Of a stretch of 64,000 nucleotides of DNA, positions 28,630-35,795 are shown piece after piece. The notes below the pieces were generated by a model, which saw nothing but the letters and a program-made list of their open reading frames with translations, did no database searches and was not told the DNA's origin. Source of the DNA: Clostridia bacterium (lineage in GTDB: Bacteria; Bacillota; Clostridia; UMGS1883); contig JBJDXJ010000052.1 in NCBI GenBank assembly GCA_051866635.1, forward strand, positions 14,744 through 78,743. The letters run 5' to 3'. The first letter of the stretch is position 1; each line of letters begins with the position of its first letter. The position numbers and the translations under genes are program-made.

Positions 28630-29136
28630 ATGAAAATAAATATTGCAAGTGTCATCAACTGTGACGGCGCAAAGCTTGATATTGAAAAGGAGTTCCCCAT
28701 AGGCTCTTTTGAGTTTGCAGGGAATGAGTATTCCTTTGAAAAACCTGTGAAAGTTACAGGTGAAATCAGAAATATCGGCAGTGCGTTGAGGATTATCCTC
28801 AATGTTTGGGGTGAGTACACGGCTTTTTGTGATCGTTGCGGCTGTGATGTAACAAAATCTGTTGCTAGTGCAACAGAGGAGGACATTACAGAAGGCAATG
28901 ATGATTTTGACGAAGAGATGTTTTCAATCGTAGGACATACGTTAGATATTTCCGGTGCGGTTGAATCTTTAGTGTACAGTAGTCTTCCTATGCGTAATCT
29001 GTGCAGTGACGATTGTAAGGGTTTATGCCCTAAATGCGGTACAGATTTAAACAAATCAGAATGTAATTGCGATACGACAAGGTATGACCCTCGTTTCGCT
29101 ATTTTCAGAAAATTAGCAGGAAATGGTGAGGTGTGA
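28630..29136 (+). CDS. yceD: YceD/DUF177 family protein (23S rRNA accumulation protein)
   Basis: Conserved position immediately upstream of rpmF. C-terminal CDRC...CPKCG...CNC metal-binding motif. Start set to the ATG at 28630 with a gaggtga RBS. The ORF-track start lies inside the promoter -10. Confidence 0.75.
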   Translation: MKINIASVINCDGAKLDIEKEFPIGSFEFAGNEYSFEKPVKVTGEIRNIGSALRIILNVWGEYTAFCDRCGCDVTKSVASATEEDITEGNDDFDEEMFSIVGHTLDISGAVESLVYSSLPMRNLCSDDCKGLCPKCGTDLNKSECNCDTTRYDPRFAIFRKLAGNGEV

Positions 29137-29139
29137 AAA

Positions 29140-29319
29140 ATGGCAGTTCCTAAGCACAGAACTTCTAAAATGAAGAAGCGTCAGAGAAGAGCAAACTGGA
29201 AGCTTCTTATTCCCGGCATGGTAAAGTGCTCTCATTGCGGCGAGTATACAAAGCCCCACATGGTATGTAAGGCTTGCGGTTACTATGACGGTAAGGAAAT
29301 CGTAAAGGTAGAAGCGTAA
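29140..29319 (+). CDS. rpmF: 50S ribosomal protein L32 (59 aa)
   Basis: Absent from the ORF track (<60 aa). Translation [59 protein letters not shown]. Confidence 0.9.
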   Translation: MAVPKHRTSKMKKRQRRANWKLLIPGMVKCSHCGEYTKPHMVCKACGYYDGKEIVKVEA

Positions 29320-29384
29320 GAGACGCATTGATGAGCAGAATCTTCTGATTCTGCTCTCCTTATTTCCTTTGTATTAATTATATC

Positions 29385-29461
29385 TGTCGATATAGCTCAG
29401 CAGGATAGAGCGACCGCCTCCTAAGCGGTAGGTCGGAGGTTCGAATCCTCTTATCGACGCC
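29385..29461 (+). tRNA. tRNA-Arg (anticodon CCU)
   Basis: Cloverleaf folded by hand: acceptor GTCGATA/TATCGAC, D-stem GCTC/GAGC, anticodon stem ACCGC/GCGGT with loop CTCCTAA, T-stem GGAGG/CCTCT with TTCGAAT loop, encoded CCA. Confidence 0.85.
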
Positions 29462-29462
29462 A

Positions 29463-29494
29463 GAAAAAACGACTTGTTTCGACAAGTCGTTTTT
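29463..29494. terminator. terminator hairpin after the tRNA
   Basis: aaaaaacgacttgt-ttcg-acaagtcgtttttt. Confidence 0.75.
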
Positions 29495-29499
29495 TCATC

Positions 29500-29700
29500 G
29501 ATATAAATTCCTGAAGGAATTTGCTATATATACTTCATATGCGATATATCTTCGATTCGATATGTTGCCTTATGGCAACGAGTAGAGGAATTTATATCAT
29601 ATCGCAACAAAGCGAAGTGGAGTTATATCGAATTTGCGAAGCAAATATATTGCACGAGCGAGAGCGAGTATATCGCTAATTAAATTAGATATCTCTATGG
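29500..29700. repeat. cluster of short inverted/direct repeats with ATATCG / GCGAAG cores
   Basis: aaattcctgaaggaattt palindrome. Also gcgatatatcttcgattcgatatg, ttgccttatggcaa, atatcgcaacaaagcgaag, atatcgaatttgcgaagca and gcgagagcgagtatatcgc. Confidence 0.5.
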
Positions 29701-29797
29701 TTTTGTTTTGTATTATTTATTAAGAAAGGATTTTTGTAATGAATAGTAAATTTTTTCAATTTAACGTTTTCAAGGTGGGATATTTCACTAAAACATA

Positions 29798-29826
29798 TTG
29801 CAAACTACGTTATAGTGTGGTATAAT
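29798..29826 (+). promoter_or_regulatory. promoter TTGCAA-N17-TGgTATAAT (extended -10)
   Basis: Near-consensus hexamers ~150 nt upstream of the GNAT start codon. Confidence 0.55.
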
Positions 29827-29974
29827 TTAGCACGAAAGTCATCGGAGGACAGTACACCGTAGTGTAGGGGAGCAAATTCAGTTTGCGGCCGCCTGTCGGA
29901 TAAGATGTCGAGTGAGCTCGGTTATTACTTTTAGTAACAGCCGGGTATTTTTATTTTTTAGGGGGATTTATTAT

Positions 29975-30514
29975 ATGAAAAACACAAAGGTTGCTCTTAT
30001 GCCGCTGACGGCGGACGACCGTGAACAGTTCATTCTTGACAACCAGGAAGCATTTAGGTTCGGAGCACTTGAGGAGTTTGGCAAACGTGATGACCATTTG
30101 GATCTTGATGGGGAAATTATTTCTCGAAAAACTATTGAGGAGAGTATTGACTCCGAGGATGCTGAAACATATCGCATTATGCTTGACGGCGAAAAGGTTG
30201 GCGGTGTGATCCTTAAAATTGATAACAAAACACATCACAACCATCTTGATATTCTCTTTGTTTCCCCAAAGGTACACAGCAAAGGTATAGGCTACAAAGC
30301 ATGGCAGGCGGTAGAAGAGATGCACCCTGAAACCAAAATTTGGGAGACCTGTACACCTTATTTTGAAAAACGGAATATACATTTTTATGTGAACAAGTTA
30401 GGCTTTCATATTGTGGAATTTTTCTGTGAATATAATACTGACAATAACTGCCCGGAAGAAAAGCCCTCAGACGGACCTGATGAAATGTTTAGATTTATAA
30501 AAGTAATGAAGTAG
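29975..30514 (+). CDS. GNAT-family N-acetyltransferase
   Basis: Acetyl-CoA-binding segment ILFVSPKVHSKGIGYKAWQAV. Start set to the ATG at 29975 with an aggggga RBS. The ORF-track GTG start at 29912 would read through a terminator-like hairpin. Confidence 0.7.
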   Translation: MKNTKVALMPLTADDREQFILDNQEAFRFGALEEFGKRDDHLDLDGEIISRKTIEESIDSEDAETYRIMLDGEKVGGVILKIDNKTHHNHLDILFVSPKVHSKGIGYKAWQAVEEMHPETKIWETCTPYFEKRNIHFYVNKLGFHIVEFFCEYNTDNNCPEEKPSDGPDEMFRFIKVMK

Positions 30515-30600
30515 GCAGAATTGAGCCTGACTGTATGCGGTCAAATATACGCTTTTTCATTTCCTCCTTGGTTAGATCCTTCCGGTCGAGAGAGCCAACA
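30506..30600. pseudogene. ~90-bp duplicated fragment of the pdaA-like gene (copy of 30893-30990, ~92% identity)
   Basis: attgagcctgactgtatgcggtcaaa[t/a]atacgctttttcatttcctcct... is present twice. The fragment supplies the GNAT TAG stop. The annotated 30495-30773 minus-strand ORF is an artefact spanning it. Confidence 0.7.
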
Positions 30601-30735
30601 TTCGACACAAAAGTCTTTACAGTGTTTACATAAGTCACGAAGTTTTTGAAATTCGCGAAATAGCTGACATTCAGCTTGATGAAAATGGTATAAAATGAAA
30701 GATGTTCATCAGTCAGCAAAGTTGATAGCTTCTCC

Positions 30736-31494
30736 TCAAGGGGAAGCCTTGTACTGCCGCCCTGTATGGTCAATTGAGTAGTTTTCTTTGTAAATTAAAT
30801 CAGAAACACGTACAAATTCATACCCTTCATCTTTAAGAGATTGAAGTATTCCCGGAAGGGCAGAAGCAGTCTGCTTTGTACCGTTATGGAAAAGTAGGAT
30901 TGAGCCTGACTGTATGCGGTCAAAAATACGCTTTTTCATTTCCTCCTCTGTTAAATCCTTCCAGTCGAGAGAGTCAACATCCCATTGTATGCAAAAACGC
31001 CCTGTTTCTTTTGCGGCTAAAATTGAATTATTTGTATAATCCCCTGATGGTGCACGCATTATATTCGGGCGAAAACCTAAAACAGATTCAATTACGCTGT
31101 CGCATTTATCCATGTCTGATATAATTTCATCCTTTGAAAGTGTAGAATACAGTGTATGATTATAGCTGTGCGAGCCTATTTCGTGACCGTTTGAATGAAG
31201 TTTTTTTAAGGCTTCGGGGAAACGTTCTGCCCAATCACCTGTTACAAAGAAGGTGGCAGGACAGCTGTATGCACACAGTACATTTATAATTTGGTCAATG
31301 TCGTCATCATTCCATGCACTGTCAAAGGTGACGGCTATTTTTTTATCCTGTCTTTCTACAGAGTAGATAGGCAGTTCCTTGCTTTTTACACTTGTTTCAA
31401 CACTTTTGAACAGCTTTGGTACACAGGCAGATGATACCAGAATGGCGGCTAAAAGAAGAAAAATAGTGTGTTTTGTAATTACAAAGATTTTCAT
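30736..31494 (-). CDS. pdaA: polysaccharide deacetylase (NodB domain; PdaA-like N-acetylmuramic acid deacetylase)
   Basis: N-terminal signal/TM. NodB motifs TFDSAWNDD and HSYNH. Immediately downstream of cwlD. Confidence 0.7.
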   Translation of the reverse strand: MKIFVITKHTIFLLLAAILVSSACVPKLFKSVETSVKSKELPIYSVERQDKKIAVTFDSAWNDDDIDQIINVLCAYSCPATFFVTGDWAERFPEALKKLHSNGHEIGSHSYNHTLYSTLSKDEIISDMDKCDSVIESVLGFRPNIMRAPSGDYTNNSILAAKETGRFCIQWDVDSLDWKDLTEEEMKKRIFDRIQSGSILLFHNGTKQTASALPGILQSLKDEGYEFVRVSDLIYKENYSIDHTGRQYKASP

Positions 31495-32228
31495 GATTGC
31501 CCCTCACTTTTTGCACTGTCAATTTTTTCAAAGTCTTCAATATTTTTATAATATGCCACTATCCCGTCACATATTGCACTTGCAATCCGTGATTGATAAA
31601 TGTCATCGCATAAAAGTTTTTCTTCCTCGGCATTTGAAAGAAATCCGCATTCTACAATAATGGCAGGAATTGTTGAGTTTTTCATAAGATAGAGAGAATT
31701 ATCAGCCTTTTTGATTTGCCGTGATTGGTTTTGTGGGTCTATGGAAGTCATTTCATCCATTATTAACTGTGCTAAAAGTGTGGACTGAATAAATTTATCA
31801 GAATACAGAACTTCCGCACCACGGTACTTTGACTGGTGAAACTTATTTATATGTATGCTTATAAACATATCTGCCTGCGTGTTTTTCATTATAGAAAGCC
31901 TTTTTTCCATGTCGGCTTTTTTCTTTTTATCAAGACCGTCTTCGCCCTCACGTGTCATAATTACCTTGTAGCCACGCTCTGTAAGCTCTTGTTCAAGTTT
32001 TTTTGAAATACTTAAATTAAGACTGCTTTCAACTGTTCCCGATTTACTGACTGCACCGCCATCAGGCGTGCCGTGCCCGGGATCGATAATTATACATTTG
32101 TAGTTTTCATGATTAAAACTCATGGCAGGTACATCACTGTGCATAAAAGACATTGCAATAATAAGAATAATCAGTCCTATACCTAAAAAAAGTATTCCAC
32201 GTCGAATAACTAATATCAAAATTTCCAC
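31491..32228 (-). CDS. cwlD: N-acetylmuramoyl-L-alanine amidase, germination-specific CwlD type
   Basis: Amidase_3 motifs IIDPGHG and DMFISIHIN. ~240 aa with an N-terminal TM helix. Paired with the pda gene. Confidence 0.75.
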   Translation of the reverse strand: MEILILVIRRGILFLGIGLIILIIAMSFMHSDVPAMSFNHENYKCIIIDPGHGTPDGGAVSKSGTVESSLNLSISKKLEQELTERGYKVIMTREGEDGLDKKKKADMEKRLSIMKNTQADMFISIHINKFHQSKYRGAEVLYSDKFIQSTLLAQLIMDEMTSIDPQNQSRQIKKADNSLYLMKNSTIPAIIVECGFLSNAEEEKLLCDDIYQSRIASAICDGIVAYYKNIEDFEKIDSAKSEGQS

Positions 32229-32349
32229 CTCGTTTATACACTGTATGAAAGCCTTACGGGAAAAATGACTTTACACTCTTGTAATATAGAAGAAAATTCT
32301 GCATATAATTAAATAAAGCCATGCTTTGTACATAAAGGAGTGTTTATGA

Positions 32350-32952
32350 ATGGAGAATAATTTTATAAGTCTACAGGGTGTAGTTGAAGGTGATGTTGAA
32401 TACAGCCATAATGTTCAGGAAGAAGAATTTTATAAATTCATGCTGAATGTATCCCGTCTTTCAGGGGTTATAGATTCACTTCCAATAACAATTTCAAAGA
32501 AGTTACTTTCGGAGAACGCAATAAAAAGCGGTGACAATATTTCTGTAACGGGGCAGCTACGAAGCTATAACAAATATTCTGATAACCGTACAAGACTTAT
32601 ACTTACAGCCTTTGCCAAAACAATAGACGAAGAAAAGAATGAAGAAGAAAATCCCAATAATGTGGTTTTAAACGGATATGTCTGCAAGACACCTACCTAC
32701 AGAAAAACTCCCTTCGGGCGTGAAATCACCGATGTAATTATTGCAGTTAACCGTGCATTTAACCGTTCAGACTACATTCCGACTATTTGTTGGGGAAAAA
32801 ACGCACTTTTCTGCCGTGATTTGCCGGTGGGAACAAATGTGCTTATAAAAGGAAGACTTCAATCCCGTGAATACACAAAACGCAACGGCGATGAGTATTC
32901 CATAAGGACGGCATACGAAGTATCTGTGGGAGAAATTGAAGAAATTTCATGA
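32350..32952 (+). CDS. tandem OB-fold, SSB-like protein
   Basis: Two internally similar halves, each with an SSB-like pattern (N.V.L.G.V...G..V...G.L.S..Y). No acidic C-terminal tail. Confidence 0.4.
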   Translation: MENNFISLQGVVEGDVEYSHNVQEEEFYKFMLNVSRLSGVIDSLPITISKKLLSENAIKSGDNISVTGQLRSYNKYSDNRTRLILTAFAKTIDEEKNEEENPNNVVLNGYVCKTPTYRKTPFGREITDVIIAVNRAFNRSDYIPTICWGKNALFCRDLPVGTNVLIKGRLQSREYTKRNGDEYSIRTAYEVSVGEIEEIS

Positions 32953-33016
32953 TTATAGTTGCAAGTTTGTTAAAAATATAGTATAATCACCTAAGAGAAA
33001 CTCAGTGAGGTGTGCT

Positions 33017-33433
33017 ATGAGAATTATAGGACTTGACTACGGCGAAGCAAGAATAGGGGTTGCGGTGAGCGATATTCTTGAAACAATTGCAAATCCCCTT
33101 GATACAATAAGCGAGAAAGACCGTGAAAAACAGCTTGAAAAGGTTATAAAGGTTATTGAACGTGAAGGGGTAGAAAAAATAGTTGTAGGTCTTCCTAAAC
33201 GTATGGACGGAACTTTGGGACACAGAGCTGAGTACACAAAGGAATTTGCCGAGGAGCTAAGCTTAAGATGCAATCTTCCTCTTATTATGTGGGATGAAAG
33301 GCTGTCATCTTCAGAAGCTCACAAAGTCCTTGACCAAGGTGGTGTAGGCGGAAAAAAGCGAAAGACCAAGGTTGATAAGATTGCTGCGGTTTTGATTTTG
33401 CAGACTTATCTTGACAGCCAAATGAGAATATGA
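33017..33433 (+). CDS. ruvX: Holliday-junction-resolvase-like pre-16S rRNA nuclease YqgF/RuvX
   Basis: MRIIGLDYGEARIGVAVSD N-terminus is the YqgF signature. Confidence 0.85.
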   Translation: MRIIGLDYGEARIGVAVSDILETIANPLDTISEKDREKQLEKVIKVIEREGVEKIVVGLPKRMDGTLGHRAEYTKEFAEELSLRCNLPLIMWDERLSSSEAHKVLDQGGVGGKKRKTKVDKIAAVLILQTYLDSQMRI

Positions 33434-33448
33434 AAGGATGTATTTAAA

Positions 33449-33706
33449 ATGGAAAACAATAAGGATGAAATACTTGACGCTATGGAAGATTTTGACGTGC
33501 TTGACGAAATCGAATTTGAAGGAGCAACTTATTTTGCCATGACACCTATTGAAGGGAAAGAGGCTGAGGGCGAAGTATTTATTATGAAACTTGTTGATAT
33601 TGACGGTGCAGAAATGCTTGAATCTGTTGAAGACGATGAATTGTTTGACAAGGTTTACAATATTTTCAAAGAAAATAATGCTGACGAATTTGACTTTTTA
33701 GATTGA
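33449..33706 (+). CDS. DUF1292 family protein
   Basis: Acidic ~85-aa protein with the FEGATYFAMTPIEG motif, at the conserved position downstream of yqgF. Confidence 0.7.
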   Translation: MENNKDEILDAMEDFDVLDEIEFEGATYFAMTPIEGKEAEGEVFIMKLVDIDGAEMLESVEDDELFDKVYNIFKENNADEFDFLD

Positions 33707-33731
33707 TTTTTTTGTTGTTATAGGTTATAAT
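33703..33731 (+). promoter_or_regulatory. promoter TTGATT-N17-TATAAT
   Basis: Drives the ~235-nt leader before the 33973 CDS. Confidence 0.5.
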
Positions 33732-33737
33732 AAAAGA

Positions 33738-33972
33738 GAAGTAGAAAATAGCGAAATACATTGCTCTGCGGTGTGCGTATATATCGGGGCACTATTTGAA
33801 CCAACACATTTTTTTAGGGAGAATGACCTCGGATCGCTGCGTGTAAGCTCTCCCTCGCTTTGCGACGAAGAGAGAAACCCATAACCGGTTCGGAATTCAC
33901 CCACCTGCTTTGCAGGTTTCAAATAAGCTTCATTTACGGCATTGTGGGGCACTTTTTATAGGAGGAGTTATC
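33738..33972 (+). ncRNA. candidate structured 5' leader / cis-regulatory RNA (family unassigned)
   Basis: 230 nt of non-coding sequence with several stems: agggagaa...ctctccct, ctctccctcgc/gcgacgaagagag, acctgctttgcaggt, and ggggcac repeated at both ends. No ORF. Confidence 0.3.
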
Positions 33973-34395
33973 ATGAGTAAGATTATATGCAATAAGTGCG
34001 GCGAAAAGATTAAAATTAACTCTGTTTTTTTGGAAACGGTGGGTTGTGAAAATTGCGGCAACCGTATTGATTTTTCGACTCTTGATGCTCTCAGCGGTGT
34101 GAGACAGGCTCTTATGTTAGGTGTATCAATTTTTCTTGGAATAGTGGGGCTTGTTTTTATGATTGCAAATGATATCAGCTTCAGCCAACTTCCGGCTGTT
34201 TTTGCAGATTTAAGTGCCGGGGCGGCAGGTATGCTTTTAATTTTCCTTTGCATAGTTGTACTTTTGGTAGGTCAACTGGAGAAGATGATTGGATGCCGTG
34301 TTTATGAAGATTGGCGTAAAAGGGAAGAAGAGCTTGAAAAAATTGCAGAAAAAAAGCGTGCTGAGGATGCAGCACGTGAGGCGGAAGAAAAGTAA
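33973..34395 (+). CDS. zinc-ribbon membrane protein (CxxC...CxxC, two TM helices, charged coiled C-terminus)
   Basis: ATG at 33973 with a ggagga RBS. CNKCG...CENCG motif and two hydrophobic helices. Confidence 0.55.
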   Translation: MSKIICNKCGEKIKINSVFLETVGCENCGNRIDFSTLDALSGVRQALMLGVSIFLGIVGLVFMIANDISFSQLPAVFADLSAGAAGMLLIFLCIVVLLVGQLEKMIGCRVYEDWRKREEELEKIAEKKRAEDAAREAEEK

Positions 34396-34534
34396 TACAT
34401 AAAAAGAATTAAGCAGTGTGTCTAAATAGGCACCCTCTAAAAGGAATAAAGGCCAATGTCATTAAATTAATGAGCGTTTAAATAAAGATGTACTATCTCA
34501 ATTTATGGGTTTAAAGCTATAGAGGGGGACAGAA

Positions 34535-35620
34535 ATGAAAAAACATATTTTTAGAACTGTGATGATATTGGTTTTATTATGCATATGTATGTGCATATAC
34601 TATTATTTTGATGTTATGGATACATATGTTGTAGCCACTGACATATATCTTGAAAGCAAGCCTGTGTGCAGAAATATCATTTATTTAACGGACACTTCTT
34701 GCTATAAAATTTACAACAGTGCTCTTTACAAGGATGATAAATTTATCACAGCTTTGAATAAGGACAGTTGTGGCATATTGAAAGATAAGCTTGGGCTGTA
34801 TGTTTCCTACGGTGAAAGATTATACAAAATAAATGAGTATAACGGAGAAAGAGAAGTATTCTTTGATAAAATTTACCCCTTGTTTATGGATGAATCATAT
34901 ATTTTTGCAATTTCTTCAGAAAATGCTGATTTTTTAAAAATAGATCGTAAGAATAAGTCTTTAGAAAATATTACTGAAATTTTTTCTGTTGAAAATAATA
35001 CCCCTGTAGCTTTAAAAACGCATGATGGCTACTCTTATGTGTTTTTAAGTGATAATGGTAATTCAACAGTAACTTCTGTTATAAACTCGCAGGGTACGGT
35101 GTTATTCACGGATAGAAATCAGCAATTGTCTGAAAATACGGTATTGTATTATGACGAAAATAAAGCCATATATACCGATATAGATAGGGTACATATCAAG
35201 GTATTTGATTTCGAGACCCAAAAAACAAAGCAATTTGAAATCAAAGAAGGTTATTGTTACAGACCGGGAAGAACTTTTGTTCACAACAATCTCATTTATT
35301 TTGCTTTGGAGAAGTATACACCCTCTACAAAAAGAACAGAACGTTATCATGACAATGATATTATCTGCATGTTTAATGTTGATATGTTGACAAGTGAAAT
35401 TGTTTTTGAAACGCCCGACCATATCGTTGGATTTGACACGAGCTTAGCATGGACATATGATGGATTTCACAAAATAGAAAAAGTGAATTATTTAAAAAAT
35501 AGAGTACTAAATAGGGAATTCATTAAAAATAGATTTGAAAGTATTGAATTTCATACTCAGAACGGGCATGTGATAGTCACAAATCCTATGTCAAATGAAA
35601 TAGTATCAATTTTCAAGTAA
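34535..35620 (+). CDS. hypothetical membrane-anchored protein with Tyr/Asn-rich beta-rich ectodomain (DUF5050-like?)
   Basis: N-terminal TM MILVLLCICMCIYYYF. Noticeably AT-rich coding sequence. No confident family. Confidence 0.4.
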   Translation: MKKHIFRTVMILVLLCICMCIYYYFDVMDTYVVATDIYLESKPVCRNIIYLTDTSCYKIYNSALYKDDKFITALNKDSCGILKDKLGLYVSYGERLYKINEYNGEREVFFDKIYPLFMDESYIFAISSENADFLKIDRKNKSLENITEIFSVENNTPVALKTHDGYSYVFLSDNGNSTVTSVINSQGTVLFTDRNQQLSENTVLYYDENKAIYTDIDRVHIKVFDFETQKTKQFEIKEGYCYRPGRTFVHNNLIYFALEKYTPSTKRTERYHDNDIICMFNVDMLTSEIVFETPDHIVGFDTSLAWTYDGFHKIEKVNYLKNRVLNREFIKNRFESIEFHTQNGHVIVTNPMSNEIVSIFK

Positions 35621-35696
35621 GAATGTCCCCATCTGCAAGTTGTTTATACAAATTTTTCAATCTGTCATTTGCTATGCCAAATTTTAAAACAGTAAC

Positions 35697-35736
35697 GAAA
35701 AAGAGTTTGAAATCTTTAAGACTTCAAACTCTTTTA
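35697..35736. terminator. bidirectional terminator
   Basis: aaaagagtttgaaatctt-taag-acttcaaactctttt long inverted repeat between convergent genes. Confidence 0.75.
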
Positions 35737-35795
35737 TCGTTTTACACATTTCAATACCTTTTTAAACTTAACGAAATTGGCAGAAAGACTACTTT

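Noticed and set aside
30495-30773. Annotated 92-aa minus-strand ORF
   Set aside because: It starts out of frame inside the 3' end of the pdaA-like gene and runs into the duplicated pdaA fragment. Its 'conserved' C-terminus (KEEMKKRIFDRIQSGSIL) is simply the duplicated segment. It is not an independent gene.
33725-33952. 75-aa minus-strand ORF in the DUF1292 / zinc-ribbon gene spacer
   Set aside because: No RBS. The region is GC-rich and hairpin-dense, downstream of a good plus-strand promoter. It is more consistent with a structured RNA leader than with a protein.
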